A stretch of DNA of 59,893 nt, filler included. It is 4 parts of 4 records of this genome, joined end to end, with 100 filler letters (N's around TTAATTAATTAA, not from the genome) between each part and the next. Parts side by side here need not be neighbours in the genome. Positions count along the whole stretch, not along the records: positions 1 to 15,976 come from DRR723986_7435; 3 more parts are not named here. One strand, given 5' to 3'. Position 1 is the stretch's first letter, and each line of letters starts with the position of its first letter. The translations under genes and the position numbers were made by a program. This document shows positions 1 through 10,217 of the stretch, piece after piece. The notes under the pieces were generated by a model that was not told the origin of the DNA, did not search any database, and was given only the letters and a program-made list of their open reading frames with translations.

Positions 1-117
1 CCCGCCAATAGCCGAGTCGAGTTTGAAACCGATGGCAAGCGATGGACGTGGACAATGCAGTATTCCAACAAAGACAATTCGCTTGCCAAAGCCTACGAAA
101 AAGGCATGACTGACTAG
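1..117 (+). CDS. 3' end of a hypothetical protein (truncated by window start)
   Basis: Frame 1 is open from base 1 (PANSRVEFETDGKRWTWTMQYSNKDNSLAKAYEKGMTD) to TAG at 115-117, 20 bp before the next gene; no family recognised. Confidence 0.5.
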   Translation, partial: PANSRVEFETDGKRWTWTMQYSNKDNSLAKAYEKGMTD

Positions 118-137
118 CGCCCGCGTGCCCCTCCAAT

Positions 138-794
138 ATGGTGATCAAAATGGATGTTGATAGTTCGATTCTGGCACGGGAGACGACCAAGGTCTTGTCA
201 ACCGCGCCGCTGCCGGCGACCGACGAACGTCAGACGCTGCAAGAGCTGGTCGATCTGGCTGGCTGGGCTCCGTTTCATCGTCCATGCGACACCTGCCACC
301 ATGACGATTTGGATGGCATTGTGCCTTGGCGGATGCACATTTTCGATTCACCAAACTGTCGTCTCCTTCGCGAGCAATTGCCAAGCGAACGGGCTGGCAA
401 AATCCCGGCAATGTTAGCGTCCGCGTTGGGCATGATCTACACGACTTGGCTTCCCAATACGCCATCCGCCCCTCTACCCGCCGGGCAACTGTATGATCCG
501 ACTCTGGCCAACATGGAGCACATTGCTGCCGCATCGGCCGCAGTTCAAAATCTCCTGTTGGCTGCGACCGCACGTGGCATTGAAAACTACTGGTCCAGCG
601 GTGGTGCGCTACTGCGAGAACCGGAGATTGCTCACTCGCTCGGCGTGAGCAAGGGTGAGATCCTTCTCGGGGCGATTTTTCTTTTCCCGAGTGCGACCGT
701 CGCTCCTGAAAGTGACTCGATCACTCGCGCCAAATCGAAACTTCGGCCGCAGCGACCGTCGAGCAACCGCTGGTCGCGTTGGGTGCAGCTTTAG
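138..794 (+). CDS. Nitroreductase family protein
   Basis: Motifs WAPFH, PWR and AASAAVQNLLLAATARGIENYWSSG are typical of FMN nitroreductases; the start may be the ATG at 150. Confidence 0.85.
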   Translation: MVIKMDVDSSILARETTKVLSTAPLPATDERQTLQELVDLAGWAPFHRPCDTCHHDDLDGIVPWRMHIFDSPNCRLLREQLPSERAGKIPAMLASALGMIYTTWLPNTPSAPLPAGQLYDPTLANMEHIAAASAAVQNLLLAATARGIENYWSSGGALLREPEIAHSLGVSKGEILLGAIFLFPSATVAPESDSITRAKSKLRPQRPSSNRWSRWVQL

Positions 795-836
795 ACAGGT
801 GTTTGCAAAAGCCGCCACTGATTGCCACGGTGGCAG

Positions 837-1466
837 CTAGCTTCGAAACTGCCCATCGTGTAAGAATGCAATCGTTTGTTCTATGGCATCCTTTCGCATC
901 AGTACCGCGGAGTGCATTCCGGGGACATTGCACTGATCCTTGAGTCCGGGTAGCTGGGTTGCCTCCGGATGAACGACTAGATCACCTTGAGCGACCAACA
1001 ATCCAACTTCGCGTTGTAGTGCGAAATCGCGAGGAAGCTGGTTTACGAAGCTGGACTCGTGGTCCGCGATCTGTGGCAGACTTGGACTGAACCATCCCGC
1101 GAGCTTTGCCAATCGCGTTGCAGCGTGGGAACCCTGGTTCGGCGGGCAAAGCATCACAATGCGTTTCAACTTTTCGACGGGCCGAGGAAAACTTGCGAGC
1201 GCCGTTCGCAGTAAGACTCCGCCCATGCTGTGCGTAACGACGTGAAATGAACCAACGGATGTGGCTTCTTCCAATGCGTGAATTTGTTTGGACAGCTTTT
1301 GCGCAAATGACTCGATATCGGACCATACACTTCGGTAACCCCACGGCTTAGGCTCAAAGCCTTCACTGCGAAGCGCCCGGGCAAATCTCCACCACAACAG
1401 TCGGTGCCCTGCGTAGCCGTGGATCAGCAGGACCGGCGGCGGCGGGTTGGTGGTATTGTCGCTCAT
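837..1466 (-). CDS. Alpha/beta hydrolase (lipase/esterase-like)
   Basis: LIHGY oxyanion motif, THSMGG nucleophile elbow, PPNQGS, GDLVV and C-terminal GMHS; ATG at 1466 chosen over the ORF-track TTG at 1484. Confidence 0.85.
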   Translation of the reverse strand: MSDNTTNPPPPVLLIHGYAGHRLLWWRFARALRSEGFEPKPWGYRSVWSDIESFAQKLSKQIHALEEATSVGSFHVVTHSMGGVLLRTALASFPRPVEKLKRIVMLCPPNQGSHAATRLAKLAGWFSPSLPQIADHESSFVNQLPRDFALQREVGLLVAQGDLVVHPEATQLPGLKDQCNVPGMHSAVLMRKDAIEQTIAFLHDGQFRS

Positions 1467-1680
1467 CGACGGATGGTTCTTCAAAAGAAATCAAGCTGCC
1501 GGACGAATACACTTCTCCACCGGCGAAGTAAACCAGCGGCATCTGTGTAGATCATAGATGATCGGCTAGCAATCAACGGGCGAAGCCGCTCCCTGAAATG
1601 CCGCGAAAACGATTACCTGCGGTGGCCGGACGGCCAAGCTGGACCGAACCGGGACTCGCACTAGCTGGCGTGGGCGCAGC

Positions 1681-1690
1681 GGATACAATG
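1681..1690 (+). promoter_or_regulatory. Candidate sigma70 -10 element (GGATACAATG) for the hypothetical-trkA-trkH operon
   Basis: TACAAT at 1684-1689; the identical decamer recurs at 7246-7255 upstream of another + strand gene. Confidence 0.4.
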
Positions 1691-1741
1691 TTCGCTGGTT
1701 TAGCTAGCGAGACAATCCAGCCTGGCGTCGCGTTGAATCGG

Positions 1742-1768
1742 CTAAGTGCTTGAAATGTAACGACTTAG
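1742..1768. promoter_or_regulatory. Interrupted palindrome CTAAGTgcTT-N7-AAcgACTTAG, possible protein-binding site (IHF-like half sites)
   Basis: Inverted repeat seen in intergenic DNA; the left arm on the minus strand (TTTCAAGCACTTA) is one mismatch from the IHF consensus WATCAANNNNTTR. Confidence 0.35.
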
Positions 1769-1849
1769 AGCTGCCTGGCAGCTTCGAAGAGATCTGCCCG
1801 ATCGATTGGATTGGCAGTTCGTAAACTTCATTTTGGGAAATTGATCCCC

Positions 1850-2416
1850 GTGGCAAAGAATTCCGCCAAACAAAACGACCCCAACACTGTGATTGCGGAC
1901 GGTGAGGTCCTCGACTTGCGAAATCGCGGTCTGGCAGCAGTGTTGGCGTGGCTGATTCCGGGGGCGGGCCATGCGTATCAGCGGCGATATTTGAAGTCCG
2001 TTATCTTTTCGGTATCAATCTTTTTCTGTTTCATTACAGGAATGGTGTTTTCCAATTACAAGTGCGTGTACGCATCGTGGGATTCAACCGAGACGCGTTG
2101 GCAGTACTTCCTGCAAGCGGGCGTAGGTATACCTGCTCTGCCAGCCGCGTACCAATGGTGGAAGAATAAGCCAGGTGCTCCAACCATCTTTGGTGACTGG
2201 ATGGCGGCACCGGAGCGAACGAGCGTTCTGGATGATTGGCACCGTGACACTGCGTCGGGTTTCGACATGGGCACTTTGTACACCATGATTGCGGGGCTTC
2301 TCAATATCTTGGTTGTGTACGACGCTTTTGCTGGGCCACTGCCACCGCCTGAGACACGGCAGAAGAAAAAAGACGACGACAACGGGGCTGAGAAATCGAA
2401 GGCGCCCGCTGGCTAG
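1850..2416 (+). CDS. Planctomycete membrane protein (DUF6677-like)
   Basis: AAVLAWLIPGAGHAYQRR N-terminal motif and GTLYTMIAGLLNILVVYDA C-terminal motif; GTG start at 1850 assumed. Confidence 0.65.
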   Translation: MAKNSAKQNDPNTVIADGEVLDLRNRGLAAVLAWLIPGAGHAYQRRYLKSVIFSVSIFFCFITGMVFSNYKCVYASWDSTETRWQYFLQAGVGIPALPAAYQWWKNKPGAPTIFGDWMAAPERTSVLDDWHRDTASGFDMGTLYTMIAGLLNILVVYDAFAGPLPPPETRQKKKDDDNGAEKSKAPAG

Positions 2417-2487
2417 GTGAGTCGCCCGTTGTGGTTCTTCTTGTTTTCGGTGAAGGGCGTAGTGCGCCTTAGAGAATCGGAGTCGTT

Positions 2488-2682
2488 ATGCTTGAAAGTA
2501 TGTCCGTCGGTTACCTGCTACTCTACATACCATTGTTGGTAGCAGTCTCATGTGTCATCGGGGGAACCCGACATGAGAAACCGGACTTGATTCTCAATCA
2601 AATCCTTCGCAACGCGGCTTGGATCACTTCCTTCATGTTCGCGATCTACATCGTACTGCAAATCGTTTCCTGGATGCTGTGA
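2488..2682 (+). CDS. Small two-TM membrane protein
   Basis: 64 aa with two hydrophobic segments around GGTRHE; GGAG RBS upstream; co-oriented with trkA. Confidence 0.65.
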   Translation: MLESMSVGYLLLYIPLLVAVSCVIGGTRHEKPDLILNQILRNAAWITSFMFAIYIVLQIVSWML

Positions 2683-2753
2683 GCTAATTCGCTCGATGCG
2701 CCCAAATGTAAACACTCTGACGCACACGACTGCTTGAACACCGAGTTTCTCCA

Positions 2754-4094
2754 ATGAGAGTTCTTACCCTTGGCGGTGGCACCGTCGGCACTTGGATTGC
2801 CGACTTGCTCTGCCGATACCGTCACGACGTGACTGTTGTCGACACCGATGCTGAAAATGTGCGGCGTATCAACAACGATTTGGACGTACGCGCCATTCAG
2901 GGCTCTGCCAGCCAGTCGAGCGTGCTCTTCCAAGCGGGGATCTTGGGGTGCGATGTCTGTCTGGCTGTGACCGGGAACGACGAAGTTAACATGGTCGCCG
3001 CGAGCATGGCAAAGGCAATGGGCGTCCGTCGGAGCGTTGCGCGGGTTTACGCACCAGTCTTTCGCGACTTAAGTACGTTCGACTACCAGCGCCACTTTGG
3101 CATCGACCGACTGCTCAGCCTTGAACACCTGACTGCGATGGAGCTCGCTCGAGCGATCTGCAACCCCGAGAGTATCACGCTGGAGCATTTCGCCCGAGGT
3201 CACCTGGAGGTCGCAGATTTTGAGGTGACAAGAACGAGTAGCATGTTGCACGTGCCGCTGAAGGAACTTGCCATGTCGCCCCACGTGCGACTGGGGACCA
3301 TTCGTCGACGGGGTCGATCATGGATTGCTCGTGCGACTGACGAAGTGCACATGGGGGACTGGATCAGCCTGCTTGGGCGAGCCGATGAGGTTGAGCAGTT
3401 AAAGCGTGAGTTTGCCGCCAATTCCGCGCAACGTAGTTTTGTTGTCGTCGCCGGTGGTGGTGAGACGGGCTACCACCTTGCCAAGGCCTTGGATGCCCAA
3501 CGACACAAGGTCCTGCTGCTGGAAGACGACGCTGACCGATGTGATTACTTGGCATCTCATTTGGACCGAGCAACAGTCGTCTGTGCTGACGCAACCCGGA
3601 AGGTGACCCTCGAAGAAGAACGCGTCGGCGGCTGCGACTATTTCATCGCTTGCACCGGAAACGACGAAAATAACATCATGTCGGGCGTCGAAGCAAAGTC
3701 GCTGGGCGCAGGGCATGTTATGTCCATCGTTGGTCGCCCTGACTACGCTGAAATCGTCGGTAAGCTCGGGATCGACGTGGCCGTCAGCGAACGCGACGCG
3801 ATGGCAAGGCAGATTCTCGGCCTAATGACCGAAGGTAGCGTTCTCAGCCAAATGCAGATGCCGGAAAGCGATATCTTTGTCCTTGAGATGGAAGTCGGCA
3901 AAGACGCTGCGGTAGCGAATCGACCACTGATGGAAGTGACGTTGCCCGAAGGCGTCTTGATTGCGGCGGTGCTGCAGGAAGACTATGTGAAAGTCCCCGG
4001 TGCGGGAGATGCTCTCCTTCCGGGCAACACAGCCCTGGTGCTTTGCCCCAAGTCAGAAGTTGCAAAGTTGACCGAGATCTTCAACGATGCATGA
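2754..4094 (+). CDS. trkA: Trk potassium uptake NAD-binding subunit TrkA
   Basis: Two RCK_N Rossmann motifs (LGGGTVG, AGGGETG), each followed by an RCK_C domain; VTGNDEVN and CTGNDENN; 446 aa. Confidence 0.95.
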   Translation: MRVLTLGGGTVGTWIADLLCRYRHDVTVVDTDAENVRRINNDLDVRAIQGSASQSSVLFQAGILGCDVCLAVTGNDEVNMVAASMAKAMGVRRSVARVYAPVFRDLSTFDYQRHFGIDRLLSLEHLTAMELARAICNPESITLEHFARGHLEVADFEVTRTSSMLHVPLKELAMSPHVRLGTIRRRGRSWIARATDEVHMGDWISLLGRADEVEQLKREFAANSAQRSFVVVAGGGETGYHLAKALDAQRHKVLLLEDDADRCDYLASHLDRATVVCADATRKVTLEEERVGGCDYFIACTGNDENNIMSGVEAKSLGAGHVMSIVGRPDYAEIVGKLGIDVAVSERDAMARQILGLMTEGSVLSQMQMPESDIFVLEMEVGKDAAVANRPLMEVTLPEGVLIAAVLQEDYVKVPGAGDALLPGNTALVLCPKSEVAKLTEIFNDA

Positions 4095-4156
4095 GCCACG
4101 CTTATGGCAGCTCTTGCTAGGTGCTGTTTCATGCTGGCACACTACGTAGGCCCCTT

Positions 4157-5737
4157 ATGAATTACCTACTCCTCAGCCGATCACTCGGGCACATCTGTTT
4201 GATCTTCGCATCGACGATGCTCTTTTCGCTTCCCTGGGCACATCCCAGTTGGGGGTGGCGTGGACACCTGGAAACCTTTCCAGAGACTTTTGAGTGGGCG
4301 GGCTTTCGCGGGCTGCTAGCCAGCTCCTTTGTTTCTCTGTGTATCGGTGGATTGCTGACCATACTAGGCCGTGGCGCGAAGAAGCAGAAGCTCTTCCGCA
4401 AAGAAGCGATGGCCATTGTCGGGCTGTCCTGGATCTTGGCCACCATCCTAGGTGCATTGCCTTACATTTTCAGCGAAACGAAACTGGCCGATGGCACTCC
4501 GATGACGCTGGTCGACGCCTTGTTCGAATCGCAGTCGGGATTTAGTACGACCGGCGCAACCGTGCTCGGCGACTTAAATGATCCCAACCTTGTCCCGCAC
4601 TGCATTCTTTTCTGGCGAAGCAGCACACACTTCTTGGGTGGTTTGGGCATCGTCGTATTGCTAGTCGCAATTCTCGGCCAGGGGGCGGGCGGCAAGGCGA
4701 TGATGCGAGCTGAGATTACGGGCCCCAACAAAGATTCTGCGCACAGCCGGATGCAGAAAACGGCAACCGTCTTTGCGTTTATTTACGTCGCCCTGAACGG
4801 CGTGCTTGCCATTTTGTATTGGCTCTGCGGAATGTCACCCATGGATGCTATTTGCCATGCCTTTGGAACCATGGCGACAGGAGGATTCAGCACTTACAAC
4901 GCGAGTCTTGGACACTTCGATAGCGACTTGATTGAGTATCTAACGACGGCATTCATGGTTGTCGCTGGCACCAACTTCGCCCTACTGCTTGCTTGCCTCC
5001 ATGGCGGGCCCGCGAAACTGTTTGGTGATGGTGAATGGCGAGTGTACATTGGAATCATCACTGTGGTTTCTGTTGCGGTGATTTGTTTTGGGCTGATGAG
5101 TGGCAATTTTCCAAGTCTGCACGTCGCGATTCGCGATTCGCTGTTTCAAGTTGTTTCGGTCATTACGACGACGGGCTACGGTACCGCAGATTTTGACAAG
5201 TGGAATAACTTTGGACGTGGGGTTTTAGTAGTTCTGATGTTCGTCGGTGGTTGTGCGGGCAGCACCGGTGGTGGAATGAAGGTTATTCGGCACGTCTTGT
5301 TTGCAAAGATCCTTCGACTGGAGCTTGAGCTTTCATACCGGCCGCGCGTCGTGAGACCGTTACGAGTCGGAGATCAAATCATGGAAGACCCCGATTTCAG
5401 AAAGCAGATTTTGGTCTACTTTGGGCTAGTCGGTGCGATATTTGCGTACAGTTGGCTGGTGCTCATCACGATCGAACCAGATTCGCAATGGATTGTTTCG
5501 CAAGGGCCGCAACAACAAGTCAACTTGCTTGACCACAAACTGCTCGACTGCGCCACCGCCGTAACAGCGACGCTTCACAACATCGGCCCCGGTTTGGGAG
5601 TCGTGGGCCCAACGGCCAACTACGCCAATTTCGCTCCCTGGAGCAAAATGCTGTTCGTGTTCCTGATGATGCTCGGTCGGCTTGAAATGTATAGCATCCT
5701 CGTGCTATTCATCCCTGCGTTTTGGCGGAAGATATAG
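4157..5737 (+). CDS. trkH: Trk potassium uptake membrane subunit TrkH
   Basis: Four pore-loop motifs (SGFSTTGAT, MATGGFS, ITTTGYG, HNIGPG), GGCAGSTGGGMK and MMLGRLE. Confidence 0.95.
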   Translation: MNYLLLSRSLGHICLIFASTMLFSLPWAHPSWGWRGHLETFPETFEWAGFRGLLASSFVSLCIGGLLTILGRGAKKQKLFRKEAMAIVGLSWILATILGALPYIFSETKLADGTPMTLVDALFESQSGFSTTGATVLGDLNDPNLVPHCILFWRSSTHFLGGLGIVVLLVAILGQGAGGKAMMRAEITGPNKDSAHSRMQKTATVFAFIYVALNGVLAILYWLCGMSPMDAICHAFGTMATGGFSTYNASLGHFDSDLIEYLTTAFMVVAGTNFALLLACLHGGPAKLFGDGEWRVYIGIITVVSVAVICFGLMSGNFPSLHVAIRDSLFQVVSVITTTGYGTADFDKWNNFGRGVLVVLMFVGGCAGSTGGGMKVIRHVLFAKILRLELELSYRPRVVRPLRVGDQIMEDPDFRKQILVYFGLVGAIFAYSWLVLITIEPDSQWIVSQGPQQQVNLLDHKLLDCATAVTATLHNIGPGLGVVGPTANYANFAPWSKMLFVFLMMLGRLEMYSILVLFIPAFWRKI

Positions 5738-5831
5738 ATGCAGGTACCTGAGATGTTCTCTCACCCAAGCGCGGCTTTGCTTCTGCTCGGCCAGTTACTA
5801 CCCGGCCAGCTACTGCTCTTCTTGAAGCAAG

Positions 5832-6836
5832 CTATTGCTCTGCCAGAATGCGTGCCTGCTCGACCAGTTCGGGAGCGAAGAGCTCGTCTAGTTGCGAGTC
5901 GGAAAGGCGAATGAGGAGCATCGTTTTGTCGCGGCTGCGATCTGCAGATTCAGCTACGAACATTGCAGCGCCCAGCGAGCGGGGCGGAGTTGTTGCGGCG
6001 ACTGCAAGTACACTGCCTTCGCGCAAAAGGACTTCCATCGCGAGTTCTTTCCAGATCCTCTGGCTGCGTTTCATCTCGGGGCGAATGCCATAGTCGCTTG
6101 CGACGAACGATTGACGCACCTCGCCGTGCTGCACCTCCGGGGTCAACCGCACGAGTGCCGATGCATCTCCTTGAGGGATGACGCGCATGTCAAAAAGTGC
6201 ATTTGCTCGTTCGAATGTAGAGCCGGCGACACGTTCGTCGCCGAGACACGTTAGGATGCTGATCGGAACGCTGCTTTCCCGCCGAACCTGGACTTCTTTC
6301 CGGCGACCGGCCCTGCATTGAAGCCGTCGAGCGAGCGTGTCGACGTCGGACGACAGACCGGTCTGCGTCAGCACCTCTTCTTCGCGACTTGGTTTCTCAC
6401 TTAGCCGCTGACGGATGATCGGCGGCAGATTGCCAGTGATAACGCCAGCCCTCAAGCCGTTGCGGGCCAAGAGCAATCGCTGTTCTGGTGGCAAGACACC
6501 TTCATCGATTGAATCCCAGACGGCCTGCAGTTCTTCTTCCAGGTGGGGGGCGAATCGCACAACAACGACGTCCACCGTGATGGCGTCGGCTGATTTTCGC
6601 ATTGGCGGCAGTGCCTGCGAAGTCTTTTCGTCACTTCCGCTGCTCCAACTGCCCATGAAAGCGTCACGCGAAATCCAACCGCCATCGGTTAGCTTGGCGC
6701 ACCCGCTCACCGCACACATGAAAGCACCAAAGCAGGCTACTCCGGCCCGAGCGAAGCTGAGCCTCAATAGCGGAGCCTGGCACGCGTCGGCTGACCGGCG
6801 GTTAGAGTTTTTTTTTGACTTGCGAGAGGAGAACAT
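5832..6836 (-). CDS. Hypothetical planctomycete lipoprotein
   Basis: Long ORF with a hydrophobic stretch ending in lipobox-like VSGC; beta-rich C-terminus; start uncertain (6836 or the ORF-track 6920). Confidence 0.6.
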   Translation of the reverse strand: MFSSRKSKKNSNRRSADACQAPLLRLSFARAGVACFGAFMCAVSGCAKLTDGGWISRDAFMGSWSSGSDEKTSQALPPMRKSADAITVDVVVVRFAPHLEEELQAVWDSIDEGVLPPEQRLLLARNGLRAGVITGNLPPIIRQRLSEKPSREEEVLTQTGLSSDVDTLARRLQCRAGRRKEVQVRRESSVPISILTCLGDERVAGSTFERANALFDMRVIPQGDASALVRLTPEVQHGEVRQSFVASDYGIRPEMKRSQRIWKELAMEVLLREGSVLAVAATTPPRSLGAAMFVAESADRSRDKTMLLIRLSDSQLDELFAPELVEQARILAEQ

Positions 6837-7371
6837 GCATCTAAGGAAACGTGGGGTTCTTGCTGCATTGCGCCAAGAGCATCTTTGCCAGAGAAACACC
6901 GGCGACACGTTGCGGTCCACAACCCTTGCTAGTTAGCGATTATGTGGCTTCGACGCAAGTTGACTTGTGGTATTCCGGTCCGCACCTCCCACCGCTTGCC
7001 AGCGGGGTCGTGAAATCAGCGGCCAATCACTGAGTGCAGAATCACCCGCGAAATGCTAGCAACCCCTAGAACTTGCATCCATGGCGGCGTCCACACCGCC
7101 TCCACACAGTCCCGATGCCCGCCTGTGGTGGGGAGAACAATCGCACGCCTACCTTATTTAGCTAGCACAAGCGGTCCATTGGAGTGAGTTTATGCACAAA
7201 TTTGGGGCGCAGGCGGCTGACTGATTCAAGGTGAAAGTGGGATTGGGATACAATGGTGGGCGTCGGCGCATGGCAGAATTGGACGCTCAGTCTTTCCGCC
7301 TTGAGGTGCCAACGTTGATTGTTTGCCTTCCTACTGGGCTGCGTTGATCGTGGCCAAAGTTTCGGGCTGCC

Positions 7372-8658
7372 ATGATCCACCGACCAATCACTTCTATCCT
7401 GAACGCCGTGGCCGTTTTCTGCGTGCTGGGGGCGGTCTGCGTCGGTCAACAGCCCGCTACCTCTGGCGCGGAAGCGACGTCTGCGGAACGTGTGTCGGAG
7501 CTAATCTCACTCCTGGGCTCTCCGAAATACGAACAGCGCGAATTGGCGACCGCTCTGTTAATCCGGCTCGGCGAAGATGCAGTGCCGGGACTTCAAGCGG
7601 TCGCGGATGATTCGAATATCGAAGTGCGTCTGAGAGCAGAACGAGCCCTGGACAGCATTCAGTCGGCGAGCTTCGATGTCAAAGCGAAGAAGTTTCTGCT
7701 CGAAGCAGACCCCAGTTTGTCTTATGGCCTGCCCGCTTGGGACACGTTTCGAGAGTTGGTTGGTGATTCACGAGTCAGCAAACTGCTCTTTGTGGAATCA
7801 GTAAAGTGCCAGCGACGACTTCTCCAGATCGTAGACGTTTACAGCAGTGCTCAAGAGGACGAGCAAGCTGTCTTAGGACGAGCCGTCGATGCACTTGCAT
7901 CCGTCACGGCCCAGCAGATTCAGGAAGAGCAACTAAAGGGTGCGATGTCAAACCTTGGAGACTTCGTTGCTCTACTTGTGGCTGCATCGGTATCTGGCGG
8001 GCAAGCGCCTCCGGTAGTAAATCAGACTATCGAAACCAGTATCCACCGGTATGTTTTTGCATCGCGGTTGCGTGAGCAGGGTTACTCGACTTGCTTGAGA
8101 CGCCTGCTGGCACACTGGGTGCCGAAGTCGCACGATGAGATTGCTGGCCAAGTCATGCAGATCTCTCTGCAGCATGAGCTCAATACGGGCGCTTCGATCG
8201 CTCGACGACACCTCAAGGAAAACAGTGAAGTACAGGTGCGTGCCCTGGCGCTGCAGTGTATTGCGAGATTCGGTGAAAAGGGCGATCTTCCTGCTGTGGT
8301 AAAACTGCTGGAAGACAAGACGCCGATCTTCAGCTTGTTCTTGGATGACATGGAAGGGCAAGACGATGGAATTGACGTGTCGTACTCTGCCCCGCCGGGA
8401 TTCGAGAGCGCTCCGATGCCGAGAGAACGCAAACGCTTTGTCGTTCAAGTGAATGATCTAGCGCTTGTTGCGGCTATTCAATTGTCCGGCGGCGAACCTG
8501 CGGAGTACTTCCCTAAGATCCGATTCCTGCCATCTTATGGCATCGATACCCGCACGATCGCGACTCCAGCCGATGCACCTGAGCGACGTGAAGCTAGAAT
8601 TGAGGCTTGGCTAGCGGAGTACAACGGCGAAAAGAACACGCCTCCTGCGGGCAGTTAG
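7372..8658 (+). CDS. Exported HEAT/ARM-repeat protein
   Basis: Signal peptide, then HEAT-like repeats (LGSPKYEQRELATALL; DSNIEVRLRAERAL; VQVRALALQCIARFG). Confidence 0.7.
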   Translation: MIHRPITSILNAVAVFCVLGAVCVGQQPATSGAEATSAERVSELISLLGSPKYEQRELATALLIRLGEDAVPGLQAVADDSNIEVRLRAERALDSIQSASFDVKAKKFLLEADPSLSYGLPAWDTFRELVGDSRVSKLLFVESVKCQRRLLQIVDVYSSAQEDEQAVLGRAVDALASVTAQQIQEEQLKGAMSNLGDFVALLVAASVSGGQAPPVVNQTIETSIHRYVFASRLREQGYSTCLRRLLAHWVPKSHDEIAGQVMQISLQHELNTGASIARRHLKENSEVQVRALALQCIARFGEKGDLPAVVKLLEDKTPIFSLFLDDMEGQDDGIDVSYSAPPGFESAPMPRERKRFVVQVNDLALVAAIQLSGGEPAEYFPKIRFLPSYGIDTRTIATPADAPERREARIEAWLAEYNGEKNTPPAGS

Positions 8659-8747
8659 ATGTGGGGCAGCACCATCTGTGGCGGCGGGTACCGTAAGGCT
8701 GTTGAATCTCAGATGCATTTTGCAGTGTCAGTAAACGAGCTGTCCTT

Positions 8748-9971
8748 TTGAGCAAGAGTTTGCAAGACTACTGGTCCGGCGAAGTCGCTGAACTTGCCGC
8801 CGCAGGAAGACTGCGAAAGCGTCGCAAGCTGCCACGCGGCACCGTCAATTTCTCAAGCAATGACTACCTGGGATTATCGCAGCACCCAGAGCTATTGCAG
8901 TATGCTGCGTCCGAGCTGGGAGGCTTGCCCACTTCCGCGTCTGCTAAGTGGGGTGCTGGTGCGAGCCCGGTCGTCGGTGGGTTCTCTGCAAGCCACCGCG
9001 GACTGGAACAAGCGATTTGCGAAATGACATCAGCTCCTGCGGCGTTGACGTTCTCCAGCGGATACGCAGGGAATATGGGAGTCGTCGCAAGCTTGTTCGG
9101 TGAAGGTGATTTGTTGTTGAGTGATTCGCTCAATCACGCCTGCCTAATTGACGGCTGCCGATTGTCACGTGCCAAAGTCGTGGTGTACCCACATCTGGAC
9201 TCTAGCTGGGTTGAAGATTTTCTCAATCGCCAGCGAGACGGCTTCGGCAGAGTGGGGATTCTAACCGAGTCGGTATTCAGCATGGATGGTGACGTTGCAG
9301 ATCTTTGCAAACTTCAAGAGCTAGCGGCAAGCTTCGATTGCGCTCTTGTCGTCGATGAAGCTCATGCTTCGGGCGTGTTTGGTCAGCGCGGTGGCGGCAT
9401 CCTGGAGCTTACCGGCCTGACGGGTGAGGCTTGGCCCGATAATGTCGTCAAGCTTGGTACGCTCAGTAAAGCGATTGGATGCATCGGCGGCTACGTCGCT
9501 GCAACTGAGGCGTGCGTTGACTTTCTGGTCAATCGATGTCGCAGCTACCTCTTCAGTACTGCACAGCCACCAGCGGTGGCTTCCGTCGCGGCTCGTGCAG
9601 TTCGGCTGGCCATTCAAATGACCAACCAGAGAACCCAGCTCCATGAGCGTGCGCGTTCACTCCGTAGCCATCTGGCTTCCTTGAATGCCACGGTTGGCCG
9701 AGGCGGAAATCCGAGTGCGGCTCAAATCGATGCAGCCTCCTCGACCACGATCGCGGCGGCACAGTGCCCCATCGTTCCTTTTGTTGTCGGGGACGACCGT
9801 CGTGCAACCAGTCTATCTGAGTCACTTTTGGAAGAGGGGCTCTATGTTCCGGCAATTCGCCCCCCGACGGTTCCCGAAGGTACCTCAAGATTGCGAGTAA
9901 GTGTCTGTGCTGGGCACACCGCTCAGCAGATTGAAGCGTTGTGCGACCGATTGCAACGCTCGCTCGTTTGA
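8748..9971 (+). CDS. bioF: 8-amino-7-oxononanoate synthase
   Basis: NFSSNDYLGL, FSSGYAGN, NHACLIDG, SVFSMDGD, DEAHA, PLP lysine motif GTLSKA and AIRPPTVP. Confidence 0.9.
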   Translation: MSKSLQDYWSGEVAELAAAGRLRKRRKLPRGTVNFSSNDYLGLSQHPELLQYAASELGGLPTSASAKWGAGASPVVGGFSASHRGLEQAICEMTSAPAALTFSSGYAGNMGVVASLFGEGDLLLSDSLNHACLIDGCRLSRAKVVVYPHLDSSWVEDFLNRQRDGFGRVGILTESVFSMDGDVADLCKLQELAASFDCALVVDEAHASGVFGQRGGGILELTGLTGEAWPDNVVKLGTLSKAIGCIGGYVAATEACVDFLVNRCRSYLFSTAQPPAVASVAARAVRLAIQMTNQRTQLHERARSLRSHLASLNATVGRGGNPSAAQIDAASSTTIAAAQCPIVPFVVGDDRRATSLSESLLEEGLYVPAIRPPTVPEGTSRLRVSVCAGHTAQQIEALCDRLQRSLV

Positions 9972-10217
9972 ACTGCTGGCAACTGGATTCGTAACCTTAT
10001 CCACGACGAGTCTTACACCGCGTGCGCGTCGAGAATGCCAGCGTTTGTACCACCGCGCGGATCGGTTACAATTGGGTACAGCGGATCGGGAAGTCCATCT
10101 ACTATGCTCCCGGAAAGCATGGGAGCTTTCAGCCCGGGCGTCACGCCACACGTCAGCTTGGATTGCACCTACGATTGCTGACCGCATTGTCCACACTCAT
10201 CTAACAGCAGAATCAAC

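Noticed and set aside
5788-5814. 12-bp near-direct repeat CGGCCAG(T/C)TACT between convergent genes
   Set aside because: Two short copies only; cannot be distinguished from chance.
6921-7371. Long intergenic region as a riboswitch or sRNA
   Set aside because: No recognisable family motif or terminator; consistent with divergent promoters. An Rfam search would be needed.
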